Positions 19,040 through 28,078 of a stretch of DNA of 64,000 nt are shown in pieces. The stretch comes from an uncultured cyanobacterium (lineage in GTDB: Bacteria; Cyanobacteriota; Cyanobacteriia; Pseudanabaenales; Pseudanabaenaceae), in NCBI GenBank assembly GCA_963703315.1, contig OY969811.1, positions 2,720,001-2,784,000 on the forward strand, in the 5' to 3' direction. The notes beneath the pieces were generated by a model. That model did no database searches. It was not told where the DNA came from and saw only the letters and a list, made by a program, of their open reading frames with translations. The translations under genes and the position numbers were made by a program. Numbering within the stretch: position 1 is the first letter of the stretch; each line of letters opens with the position of its first letter.

Positions 19040-19849
19040 ATGCTAAATATTGAATGGATATTGTTATACATCGCGTTGGGCGGCTTTGTTGGTTTTATGG
19101 GAGGCTTGCTCGGTGTTGGTGGTGGTGGAATCTTAGTTCCTCTCCTAGCATCAATTCTTGTTTACCAAGGTATCGGTGGAGATGAAGTAGTCCATTTGTC
19201 CTTGGGAACATCATTGATGTGCATGATCATTTCTTCCATCGCAAGTACTCGCGCACATTCATCTCGAAAAGCTGTAGTGTGGAAAGTCGTTGGCGGAATG
19301 GCTCCTGGAATTATTCTCGGCGCTCTCCTAACTACCCAAGTTGCGGCAACCCTCAAATCAGCTTACATTGCGCTTTTTATGGCACTTTTCATGGTGCTTG
19401 TAGCAGTGCAAATGTTTGTTAATTGGAAACCGAAACCTAGCTTGAAGCCAATTACATTTCGCGGATTACTGACAGTTGGAGTTGCGATCGGCTCGGTATC
19501 AGCACTAGCCGCAGTGGGCGGCGGTTTTCTCACAGTTACCTACTTGAGCTATAAGAATATCGTCATGAAAAGAGCAGTTGGCACTTCAGCCGCAATTGGA
19601 CTTCCGATCGCTATTTCAGGAACGATTGGTTACATGATTAGCGGCTGGTCTAAGACATTGAGCGCTCCCTATACTATTGGATTCATTTACTTACCAGCAT
19701 TTTTGGCAATATCGATTGCCAGTTCTATTGCTGCTCCTTATGGCGCTCGCTGCTCACATCGTTTACCTGAGGCTTATTTAAAAAAGATATTTGCAGTTAT
19801 CTCACTCATCTTAAGCTTAACGATGCTACGCTCATTTGTTAAATTTTGA
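19040..19849 (+). CDS. TSUP (TauE/SafE) family transporter
   Basis: GFMGGLLGVGGGGILVP, GTSL, AVGTSAAIG; about 8 TM helices. Confidence 0.88.
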   Translation: MLNIEWILLYIALGGFVGFMGGLLGVGGGGILVPLLASILVYQGIGGDEVVHLSLGTSLMCMIISSIASTRAHSSRKAVVWKVVGGMAPGIILGALLTTQVAATLKSAYIALFMALFMVLVAVQMFVNWKPKPSLKPITFRGLLTVGVAIGSVSALAAVGGGFLTVTYLSYKNIVMKRAVGTSAAIGLPIAISGTIGYMISGWSKTLSAPYTIGFIYLPAFLAISIASSIAAPYGARCSHRLPEAYLKKIFAVISLILSLTMLRSFVKF

Positions 19850-19863
19850 ACTAGAAGTATCGC

Positions 19864-20505
19864 CTAAATACTCAAATCACCAATATAAGACCCAATTTGC
19901 TTAAGTCCTTGCAAAACCTGAACACGTTCCATTGTGTTTTCGAGTAATCGATAAGTATGCGATCGCGTATATTGAGGGATATTTTGGTGGCGATCGCACT
20001 TCAAAAACAATACTTCTCTTCCATTTGTAACCATTCCATAGCAACTTGACTGTAAATTAGGAGCGCTCAACAAATAAGTAAGTGCTTGGGGAATTCCTGC
20101 CGTAACGTCTAACCTTGCAGGTTTTGATTCAATTACCAAAATCCAAAAGCTATCTTGGATTACCAAAATATCAATTCGACCTTGAACTGCCATAGCATTA
20201 GATTCATCCGCAACTTCGATATTAGTACTTACTTCTGCTTTTACCAAAAAAGGAAATTGATAGAAACCCGCCAAATCTAGCAATGGTGATATAACCACAA
20301 GCTTAACAATTTCTTCGAGGGGTGGTTCCTCTTGACTGAGATAGGTATAGTTGCGAGTGAGGCGATCTAGTCCTTGTAGTTCCGCCTCGGTTAGAGTCGG
20401 CGCATTATTTAACCATTCATCAAAAAAGCGATCGCTAGAGTTGAGTCTCAAGCCAAAGGTTTGACGGAGATTGCCAAGGGTAAGGCTACTAGCATTTGTA
20501 ATCAC
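19864..20505 (-). CDS. HsdR N-terminal-like PD-(D/E)xK restriction-endonuclease-fold protein
   Basis: VVISPLLDLAGFY, QGRIDILV...VIESK, GIPQALTY, GMVTNG. Confidence 0.8.
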   Translation of the reverse strand: MITNASSLTLGNLRQTFGLRLNSSDRFFDEWLNNAPTLTEAELQGLDRLTRNYTYLSQEEPPLEEIVKLVVISPLLDLAGFYQFPFLVKAEVSTNIEVADESNAMAVQGRIDILVIQDSFWILVIESKPARLDVTAGIPQALTYLLSAPNLQSSCYGMVTNGREVLFLKCDRHQNIPQYTRSHTYRLLENTMERVQVLQGLKQIGSYIGDLSI

Positions 20506-20589
20506 GGTTAAATCCTTTAAGTAATTACATGAAGTTTAGAAGTCTAGGCATTTGATCTAGGCGCTAATACCTAATATACGATAAAAATT

Positions 20590-20630
20590 GCGATCGCCTA
20601 ATAATCACGACTCACAGTAATAGCGATCGC
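20590..20630 (+). repeat. HIP1-bracketed unit A
   Basis: GCGATCGC-ctaataatcacgactcacagtaata-GCGATCGC. Confidence 0.88.
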
Positions 20631-20722
20631 TTTATATTTGCTAAATGATGATTGAATGAAATATGAATAACCTAACCCCGCAGTCTTCTTTAACTCGATT
20701 AAATTTTTGTTAGCCTTTATCT

Positions 20723-21181
20723 ATGGAAACAACTCCTAAAAACATCAACCTCGAACCAGAACTAGCCCTAGCTCTTGATTTAGACTTGGTGCGTCAACAG
20801 CTAGCAACTCGCGCCCAAAATCTGGCGATTCCCCAAATCGAAAAACATTTATTTCTATGTGCTGACCAAACCAAACCCCTCTGCTGCCAAAAGGAAGTGG
20901 GATTGCAAGCATGGGACTATCTAAAACGACGCATCAAGGAACTCAACTTAGAAGCAAAAATCTTTCGGACTAAGACTAACTGCTTGCGTGTATGCGATCG
21001 CGGACCGATTTTATTAGTCTATCCAGATGGTGTTTGGTATCATTCGGCAACCACAGAGATTTTAGAAAGGATACTCCAAGAGCATATTATTGGTGGCAAC
21101 ATCGTTATAGATTACGCCTTTGTCTCACCCCAAAAGGGTTCCTCGACTTCGGCGGGAAACCCATCCTGTAAAACGCAATAA
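20723..21181 (+). CDS. Thioredoxin-like [2Fe-2S] ferredoxin
   Basis: [14 protein letters not shown]...[25 protein letters not shown]. Confidence 0.88.
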   Translation: METTPKNINLEPELALALDLDLVRQQLATRAQNLAIPQIEKHLFLCADQTKPLCCQKEVGLQAWDYLKRRIKELNLEAKIFRTKTNCLRVCDRGPILLVYPDGVWYHSATTEILERILQEHIIGGNIVIDYAFVSPQKGSSTSAGNPSCKTQ

Positions 21182-21296
21182 GATACAGCGCTTTGCGCTA
21201 AATTAAAATACAAAGAAATTTTTGAAAGCGCGGCAGAGCCGCGCTTTCAAAAATTTCTTTGGACTACTTCAAGCCTCAACAGCCTGTAGCTATATC

Positions 21297-22652
21297 TTAT
21301 TGCGAGAGTGAAACTTTGCGAGAGTCGAATAACTGAAGTACGGCACTTTTAATCATTGACATCACATGGGGATCACAGCTTGCAATTAGCTCTTCGCGGG
21401 GCAGGTTGCCTTTAAAAAACTCTTTGGAAAGTCTGAGCATTCTTTGCATTTCAGGAAATCCAAGAGATTTCACCATAAAGGTTGCCACAGGAGAATTCCG
21501 CACATCGTAGCTAGAATCAACGCTTCGTCCCTTATCTAATAATTCTAATACTTCCGCTTCGATAGGCGTTGACGGCTGGTGTGGCACTTCAATTTGTGGC
21601 AAGAACTGTTCTAAGCCATCTACGGGATTATCTGATGGTAATTCCCCCATCATTGTTGAGAGTGAAATATCACGTCCAATGCGTAATGATAGTGCTTCTA
21701 GAATGGCGATCGAGGTTAACTTTGTACCTAAGTACAGTCTTGACACTTCCAGATTGTGATTAGTTTGGGCAAGTAGCTTGTAATAGTTTTTTTGATCAGG
21801 TTCATCACGATAACGTCGGAAAACGATTTCAGGCGAAAGGAAGTTCATAAAGCTTTCCATTTTTTGCATGGAAACTCGATAACCATGCACACTATAGGAA
21901 TTAGAATTTTTAAGATCGTGATTTGTTTCAGGAATTAAATTCCAAGTATTGTTGAGAAAAAGCGATGAATTTGGACTAGCAAAGTTTTTTACATCGCGGT
22001 TAGATAGGCGGACGGCTCTCTTGACGATTTCAGCAATATCTTGATCACCCCAGCCAAATTGAAATACTTCATTGGCATTAACTAAACGACCAAATAGGAG
22101 ATCAGAACAAGTTAGACCAGAATCTAGCTGCGGACGAAATGGAATAGTCGCTTCAATACAAGCTGTAATCTCGGCAAGCTTGTTGAGAGGCAACATATTT
22201 TCTAGGACTTTGATCGCAATGATGGCACTCAGAAATTCATTTTGCCCAGACATCGGTAATAAGGGCTGTCCATGCTCAAAGCCAAATAGCATCGATACCA
22301 TTTTGAAAATGATATCTTCTTGCAGTTCAGGGGCTTCGAGAATTACCAGTTGCTCACGGTCTTCTTTGATGTAGGGAGAAATGTAGCGACTGATATTGAC
22401 ACTAATACCTTGATCAACCTGTACATACACCAGATCATGAAATATTGCTGATATGACTTCGATCGCGTCTCCCCCTTCACCCACCTCAAAAATATGGTTG
22501 GGTGTGTGAAACGATCGCCAAGGACCAGTCATCGTTTGAATGATCAAATTGGAGATTTTAGTCAACTGTTCTTGGTCAACATGACCTTGCAAGTCGGCGA
22601 TCGCTTGCGTGAGGCGGTCTAGACATTTCTGTTTATCCGTTGCAGTACTCAT
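21297..22652 (-). CDS. Conserved hypothetical protein with HD-like N-terminus
   Basis: RSFHTPNH...AIFHDLVY motif; 451 aa from MSTATDK. Confidence 0.7.
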   Translation of the reverse strand: MSTATDKQKCLDRLTQAIADLQGHVDQEQLTKISNLIIQTMTGPWRSFHTPNHIFEVGEGGDAIEVISAIFHDLVYVQVDQGISVNISRYISPYIKEDREQLVILEAPELQEDIIFKMVSMLFGFEHGQPLLPMSGQNEFLSAIIAIKVLENMLPLNKLAEITACIEATIPFRPQLDSGLTCSDLLFGRLVNANEVFQFGWGDQDIAEIVKRAVRLSNRDVKNFASPNSSLFLNNTWNLIPETNHDLKNSNSYSVHGYRVSMQKMESFMNFLSPEIVFRRYRDEPDQKNYYKLLAQTNHNLEVSRLYLGTKLTSIAILEALSLRIGRDISLSTMMGELPSDNPVDGLEQFLPQIEVPHQPSTPIEAEVLELLDKGRSVDSSYDVRNSPVATFMVKSLGFPEMQRMLRLSKEFFKGNLPREELIASCDPHVMSMIKSAVLQLFDSRKVSLSQ

Positions 22653-22719
22653 CCAATCATCTCCACATTTAACTTCTTCGTATTTACAGCAGCGTTTCTC
22701 CACTCATTTCAACCACAAC

Positions 22720-22814
22720 TATAGCGTTTCACAGCTTAGTGAAGTACGGGATTGTTTCCCCGCCTTCGGCGGGGAAACAATCCTCTGTATCTCGCTTGCT
22801 TGAAAAGCGCTATA
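22720..22814. repeat. TATAGC-ended palindromic element
   Basis: tatagcgttt...ggattgtttccccgcc-ttc-ggcggggaaacaatcc...aaagcgctata. Confidence 0.8.
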
Positions 22815-23014
22815 TGCTAGTAATGATCTAGATAAATTGTGGTAATTGTTTAATGGCTTGACATTATTTGGGTGATTTTTATTAAATCGTAAAGTTTTAA
22901 AGACTCTGTATTGCATGAAACTTAAACTGACCTGTGTGTTTAACTAATGAGATTTGCTGTTTTAGCTCGGATGGGGATCTGATCAGGATAGTTAGCTCTT
23001 TACACTGCACATTC

Positions 23015-23491
23015 TTACATATTAATGGGATTCTCTGAAGATGCCAGAAAGTCTAATATGATCTGACGATGGCTGGGGGCAAGTGGACGATCCTGTAATA
23101 TGCGACGGGAATAGTGACTACCTTGGATAATCTCTTGCGGTGAAAGCAAATCCATGTCGCATCCTTCATTGAGTTCGAGCATATTTAGCCCTACATCTAA
23201 ACAACCATAAAATACATATCTAATTACTTGATCTCCTAAATAGCTGCGAAAAAATCTAATTTCTTGAGGAATATACCCGATTTCTTCTTGAAGTTCTCGG
23301 AGCATACCCATCTCAGGTTTTTCATTTATTTCTAGATGTCCGCCAAACATTGTCCAAACCCCCGGATGTACGATAGTTGGGATGTCATCACGCAGTTGCA
23401 TCAAAAATTGGTTTTGATGCTGCAAAATGGCGATCGCTACTGATCGGATAGTCTCTTCAGCGTTAACCACATCTAGCTCGTTATCCATCAT
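23015..23491 (-). CDS. NUDIX hydrolase
   Basis: LMQLRDD...FGGHLE...RELQEEIG Nudix box. Confidence 0.9.
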   Translation of the reverse strand: MMDNELDVVNAEETIRSVAIAILQHQNQFLMQLRDDIPTIVHPGVWTMFGGHLEINEKPEMGMLRELQEEIGYIPQEIRFFRSYLGDQVIRYVFYGCLDVGLNMLELNEGCDMDLLSPQEIIQGSHYSRRILQDRPLAPSHRQIILDFLASSENPINM

Positions 23492-23590
23492 TAATTAAGT
23501 TGGAGATTATGTAAATCGTAAGTTTGGCTTGAAATATATTAGTACTTACGCAAAGTAAAAAGGCTCAATATAGCAATACTTGGTTAAGTT

Positions 23591-23641
23591 AGCCCAAAAG
23601 ATTAATAGCGGCGCGAAGCGCCGCTATTAATCTTTTGGGCT
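23591..23641. repeat. Palindromic repeat (GCGGCGC core family)
   Basis: agcccaaaagattaatagcggcgc-gaa-gcgccgctattaatcttttgggct. Confidence 0.85.
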
Positions 23642-23769
23642 TTATGGAGGCATTTGCGCCGCAAATCTCCAGATGTCATTAATGTTGAGTTTGCGATTAG
23701 CTTTATACAAACTTAGAGTGCGATCGCTGTTACCATCAGTGATAATTTCTGGAAAGGAGTAAGCATTCG

Positions 23770-24732
23770 ATGTCCGCAGTCAATCAGCAAGAAGTTTTGG
23801 CAAGCTTTAAGGTTTTGGTAAGCATGGCAAAAGCCGACGGCAAATTGCTCGAAGAAGAGTTTGCCAGTCTCGCCGATACTTTTGAAGAAATTCATCTGCC
23901 TGAAGGTATGACCGTCGATAGCCTGTTGAATGAAGATGAGCAACCAATCGACACATTACTTTCACAAATTACCAGTGATATCGCACAGGAGATGGTTTAT
24001 CAGTCTGCCTACGCGATGGCAAATATCGATGGAGAGTGTAGTTCCGAAGAAAAAGAACTGTTAGACAAAATTGGGACAACTTTTACCAGTTCAAAACTTT
24101 GGGGCAAACAAGAATGGCTAGAAACCCTAGAGCGCCGTTCTACAAAATCAGCGATCGCTGCACAAATCAGTCAAATTGATGATCCTGAGAAACGGGCGAT
24201 GGAGGTCGAAAATGCGATCACCGATGCTTGTTTTCTTAATGCAGTTTTAGGCGCATTCCCGATCCCCGGAATTGCGATCGCCTTTGATATGTTGATCTAC
24301 TGGAATCAACTCGATCTCGCCCAAACCATTGGTCAAAGCTGGGGCTACGATCGCGACAATGAAAATCTTCGCAAAGCCTTATTTGGAAGCTTAGGGATCA
24401 CAGGAACCCGCATTGCTGTTAGCAATTTAGCCAAGCTCGTTCCTGTCTTTGGCATGGTAGTCGGCGCGACTACTGCTTATGCAAGTACATGGGCGCTAGG
24501 CAAAGTTGCTAATGAATACTTTGCCTCAGGTGGCGAGATGGATGCTTTTAGCTTACGTCAAGCCTTTAAGCAAGCGAAGAAAGAGGGTGAAGCCTTGTAT
24601 AAAACCAAAGCTGATGAAATTGCTGAGAAGAAAAAAGCGATCGAGCCTCAAGTGCAACTGCTCAATGAGGAACTGAAAGCTGGCAGTATTACGCCTGAAG
24701 AATATCAGGAAAAATTGAAAAATCTACTTTAA
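23770..24732 (+). CDS. TerB-like plus DUF697/YcjF-like domain protein
   Basis: MAKADGKLLEEE and AMANIDGECSSEEKELL (TerB-like), then LGAFPIPG...KLVPVFGMVVGATTAYASTWALGKVA. Confidence 0.75.
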   Translation: MSAVNQQEVLASFKVLVSMAKADGKLLEEEFASLADTFEEIHLPEGMTVDSLLNEDEQPIDTLLSQITSDIAQEMVYQSAYAMANIDGECSSEEKELLDKIGTTFTSSKLWGKQEWLETLERRSTKSAIAAQISQIDDPEKRAMEVENAITDACFLNAVLGAFPIPGIAIAFDMLIYWNQLDLAQTIGQSWGYDRDNENLRKALFGSLGITGTRIAVSNLAKLVPVFGMVVGATTAYASTWALGKVANEYFASGGEMDAFSLRQAFKQAKKEGEALYKTKADEIAEKKKAIEPQVQLLNEELKAGSITPEEYQEKLKNLL

Positions 24733-24767
24733 AAAAGAGAGGACGCATAGCGTCCTCTCTTTTTTTT
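24732..24767. terminator. Bidirectional terminator
   Basis: aaaaagagaggacgc-ata-gcgtcctctcttttttt between convergent genes. Confidence 0.8.
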
Positions 24768-25209
24768 AGAAACCACCAACCCGAATACCTGCGCCTAAAA
24801 CTACGAATAAGACAGCTAGACTGGTCACTCCCACAATGTGATAAGCCAAAGAGTTTAAAGTCTCTTTAGTGAGATTAGGAATAATGAAAAATCGCGCATG
24901 AATTGCTAAGGCGATCGTTCCTAATAGGAGTAATAGTTTGATGCCGATATAAGTGGAGAGATAGGAATCAAATGCTAGAAAACTCTCGAAATTAGGAAAA
25001 TAAGTCCATGTGAGCCATAGCCCTGTGATCACCTGTAATAGCAGGGCTGCGAGTCCAAATCCTTCAAAATGTTCTTCAAATTGATGAATGCGATCAGGAT
25101 CGCGATGTTTGAGAGCTTGAGGTAAAACGGTTGCTGCTAGTACCAGATGCCCACCTGTCCAGACAGTGGCTCCTAAAATATGCAAAACAACTAAGATTTT
25201 AAATAACAT
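24766..25209 (-). CDS. CopD-like membrane protein
   Basis: LHILGATVWTGGHLVLA, QVITGLWL, KLLLL...ALAIHARF. Confidence 0.75.
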   Translation of the reverse strand: MLFKILVVLHILGATVWTGGHLVLAATVLPQALKHRDPDRIHQFEEHFEGFGLAALLLQVITGLWLTWTYFPNFESFLAFDSYLSTYIGIKLLLLLGTIALAIHARFFIIPNLTKETLNSLAYHIVGVTSLAVLFVVLGAGIRVGGF

Positions 25210-25368
25210 GGGGTTATGTCAAGATTTGTTGACTTATGGTTATAGAATTGGCGATCACTTTAAGATTTGGTAAAAATAGATACAAAAATAATTGCATTTT
25301 TATAAGTCTACTTTGGATTTTGACAAAGGGCGATTGATTTCACCAACTTGCATCAAGAGGCGAAAGCT

Positions 25369-25614
25369 ATGAATACAGCGATTGATTGGGATGAAGTATT
25401 TGAATATCCACCCAGAACCATCGTAGAACTCAAAGCAAAGCCAGATGTTTTATACGAGATTGATTGGTATGAGGCGATGATGGTTCCACCGATCTGGTTA
25501 GTGGGCGATCCGCGTCCTCGCTATCCCCACGAATTGCGAATCGTGTCGCGCCTAAAATTACAACTTTGTGATTTAACATTTTGTGATTTAGCGGCGCAAC
25601 CTGCCTTGGTTTAG
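25369..25614 (+). CDS. Conserved cyanobacterial hypothetical protein
   Basis: MNTAIDWDEVFEY...YEAMMVPPIWLVGDPRPRYPHEL. Confidence 0.65.
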   Translation: MNTAIDWDEVFEYPPRTIVELKAKPDVLYEIDWYEAMMVPPIWLVGDPRPRYPHELRIVSRLKLQLCDLTFCDLAAQPALV

Positions 25615-25628
25615 GTTTCAGAAATATA

Positions 25629-25669
25629 GCGATCGCCTAAAAATCAAGACTCAAAGTAATAGCGATCGC
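25629..25669 (+). repeat. HIP1-bracketed unit A
   Basis: GCGATCGC-ctaaaaatcaagactcaaagtaata-GCGATCGC. Confidence 0.85.
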
Positions 25670-25760
25670 CAAAGTCGCACCACCGCTAATATCTCCTACC
25701 TTCCCAAAGTTGAAGTAGGGTCTTGGATATAGAATGTATTTAGTGCTACAGCCTATAGCT

Positions 25761-26018
25761 ATGACTATTAAAGAACAAATTATTCAAGAACTTGATCGCA
25801 TCCCTGAGTCTTATCTGGAGAAAGTGCTTAGTTTTTTGTATTGTTTAGAAACTCCATCGACTCATGATGTTGAGCAGTTAAGCAAGGCGGAAGCAATTAT
25901 CCAAAATGGATTAAATACTGCGCTATCCAAGCCAAAGCGATCGTCATTGGAAATCTGGGCAGAATTTGCATCTATTCGCAATAGAATTTCTGAAAGTATT
26001 GTTGATATGATCGCCTAG
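25761..26018 (+). CDS. Antitoxin-like (DUF2281-type) protein ending inside a repeat
   Basis: MTIKEQIIQELDRIPESYLEKVLSFL; last codons IVDMIA-stop are encoded by the repeat. Confidence 0.55.
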   Translation: MTIKEQIIQELDRIPESYLEKVLSFLYCLETPSTHDVEQLSKAEAIIQNGLNTALSKPKRSSLEIWAEFASIRNRISESIVDMIA

Positions 26019-26077
26019 AAATTACGACTCAAAGTACAAGCGATCGCCTTTAAGAAATAGATTGTTGATGCGATCGT
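25998..26077 (+). repeat. HIP1-bracketed repeat (B tail)-A-B
   Basis: attgttgat-atGATCGC-ctagaaattacgactcaaagtacaa-GCGATCGC-ctttaagaaatagattgttgat-GCGATCG. Confidence 0.85.
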
Positions 26078-26197
26078 GGGTTGTTGATGTTTGAGTTGGA
26101 GGCGATCAATTTTTGATAAGTTGTTTCAGGCGATCTCTATCAAGCCTATTATTGACAAGTGCGTTACTATTATATTAATTGCTCTAGGTAATTGATT

Positions 26198-26674
26198 ATG
26201 AAATGGGAAGAAGTTTGTGAGAATAAACAGCTACAAGATTTACCATTCAAAATTGAATTAAACAAGTGGGGGCAAATCGTAATGAGTCCAGTCAAAATCA
26301 AGCATTCTTTTCACCAAGGAAGACTCCAGCGTTTATTGGAGTCTTTGTTGAGTAATGGGGAAGTGATGCCAGAATGTGCGATCGACACAACAGACGGTGT
26401 TAAAGTTGCTGATGTTGTCTGGTGTTCTGCGGAAAGATTTGACAAAATTCAGGATGAAGTTTCAGCATCTATTGCCCCAGAAATTTGTATAGAAGTTAAA
26501 TCTATTGGGAATACTTTGGGTGAAATGGAATTCAAGAAAAAGTTGTATTTTGAAGCCCAAGCGCTTGAGGTATGGCTATGTGATGAAAAAGGTAAAATAA
26601 GATTTTATAATGAGCAAGGGGAATTAGAGCAATCTTTGTTAGTCCCTGATTTCCCGAAGCAAATTAAACGATAA
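26198..26674 (+). CDS. Uma2 family endonuclease
   Basis: KIELNKWGQIVMSP...H, VADVVW, APEICIEVKS, YFEAQALEVW. Confidence 0.9.
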   Translation: MKWEEVCENKQLQDLPFKIELNKWGQIVMSPVKIKHSFHQGRLQRLLESLLSNGEVMPECAIDTTDGVKVADVVWCSAERFDKIQDEVSASIAPEICIEVKSIGNTLGEMEFKKKLYFEAQALEVWLCDEKGKIRFYNEQGELEQSLLVPDFPKQIKR

Positions 26675-26723
26675 ATTATATTGCTTGTGTTTTAGTTGAT
26701 CGCCTATTCTCTCAAACAAAACA

Positions 26724-26795
26724 GCGATCGCCTTGAGAAGATTGATTGTTAATGCGATCGCCTAAAAATCATAACTCACAGTATATAGCGATCGC
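26724..26795 (+). repeat. HIP1-bracketed repeat B-A
   Basis: GCGATCGC-cttgagaagattgattgttaat-GCGATCGC-ctaaaaatcataactcacagtatata-GCGATCGC. Confidence 0.85.
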
Positions 26796-26934
26796 ATTGT
26801 CTATATGGAAGATGGTAAATTGATGCCAAATGTTGAAGCTTGTCATTAGAGCGATTGCGATAGCCTACATTAAACTCTTTAGAAAATGAATTGTTGAGGC
26901 GATCGCGAAGTCAAGAAGTTGATAGGCGATCAGG

Positions 26935-27018
26935 GTATAACAAATCATTGAAGCAAGCCAACAGCTATGATTTAGGCAAACTAAAAATGTCTACTCCTGT
27001 TCAATTTAGCCGTTAAGC
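26935..27018 (+). other. Integron attC site (84 bp) upstream of the LysE cassette
   Basis: R'' GTATAAC, 5 nt, L'' ATTGAA(G)C ... L' GTTCAAT, 6 nt, R' GTTAAGC. Confidence 0.7.
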
Positions 27019-27031
27019 TTTAGGAATACAT

Positions 27032-27649
27032 ATGAGCTTTTTCGATGCATCAGCACTGTTTGTAATCATGGTAACGCTCGCCATGATTCCTAGTACGAGT
27101 GTTGCCTTGGTGATTACACGCTCAGCCACATTAGGCTTTTCAAATGGGGCTGCCGTCTCAATGGGCATTGTACTAGGGGATTTGATTTTCGTATCGTCGG
27201 CAATTTTTGGACTAACGGCTCTGTCGGAACTGATGGGAACCTTCTTTTTAGTAATTAGATACGCTGCTGGCGTTTACCTTATTTGGTTTGGTGTAACCTT
27301 GATCAGAAGTAGAGCGAAAGCGTACTCTCTTCAATCCTATAGCGCTCGGGGCGGAATCGTTGCTAGTTTTTTTGCGGGTCTTTTTGTAACACTTGGTGAT
27401 GTTAAGGCTATATTTTTCTATGCGAGTTTATTTCCAGCATTTGTAGAATTATCGGCACTCAAAACACTAGACATTTTTGTGATTCTATTTGTAACTACAA
27501 TCACAGTTGGTGGTGTCAAGTTGACCTACGCCTTGATCGCCAAGAAAGTGGTGATTATGAGCAAAGGACTAGCAATTGAAAAAGAAGCTAAGTTGGCATC
27601 AGGTGCTCTTATGGTTGGCACTGGAACTTATCTCATTGCAAAAGTTTAA
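27032..27649 (+). CDS. LysE family translocator (integron cassette gene)
   Basis: PSTSVALVITRS...G...GIVLGD, YAAGVYLIWFG, GLFVTLGDVKAIFFY; stop TAA lies in AAAGTTTAAC, the near-complement of the cassette start GTTAAGCTTT. Confidence 0.88.
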   Translation: MSFFDASALFVIMVTLAMIPSTSVALVITRSATLGFSNGAAVSMGIVLGDLIFVSSAIFGLTALSELMGTFFLVIRYAAGVYLIWFGVTLIRSRAKAYSLQSYSARGGIVASFFAGLFVTLGDVKAIFFYASLFPAFVELSALKTLDIFVILFVTTITVGGVKLTYALIAKKVVIMSKGLAIEKEAKLASGALMVGTGTYLIAKV

Positions 27650-27821
27650 CAAAGCATTGTAACGGACAAGCCTCTGAATGCGTCATTATACTGAAACTAT
27701 ACGACCGTTAAGGGTGTCTGTTTCTAGTCGAGATTAGGTAAGCAAAAATGGTTGGCTTTGTTGTTGAGTACAGAGTAGTTATCTGCGATCACCAAGCATA
27801 AGTAATTGATAAGTGATCGCA

Positions 27822-27909
27822 GCATAACAAAACATTGGAGCGGATAGAAGCGTGATATTTTGGTGTTGAGTTGAAGGCGATCTATTGTCGCTCAATTCAG
27901 CCGTTATGC
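27822..27909 (+). other. Integron attC site (88 bp)
   Basis: R'' GCATAAC, 5 nt, L'' ATTG(G)AGC ... L' GCTCAAT, 6 nt, R' GTTATGC; R boxes perfectly complementary (AGCATAAC/GTTATGCT). Confidence 0.8.
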
Positions 27910-28027
27910 TCAATCGCGAAGTCCGTAAGTGAATGGTTTCTAGCCAAGATTGAGCAAGCAAATATCACCGACTTCGATGTTCAGTTCCGAGAAGTTATCG
28001 GCGATCGCAAAAACAAATAATTATTTA

Positions 28028-28068
28028 ACGATCGCCTAGAAATCATAACTCACAGTAATAGCGATCGC
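28028..28068 (+). repeat. HIP1-bracketed unit A (last copy)
   Basis: aCGATCGC-ctagaaatcataactcacagtaata-GCGATCGC. Confidence 0.85.
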
Positions 28069-28078
28069 TTAATTCTAA

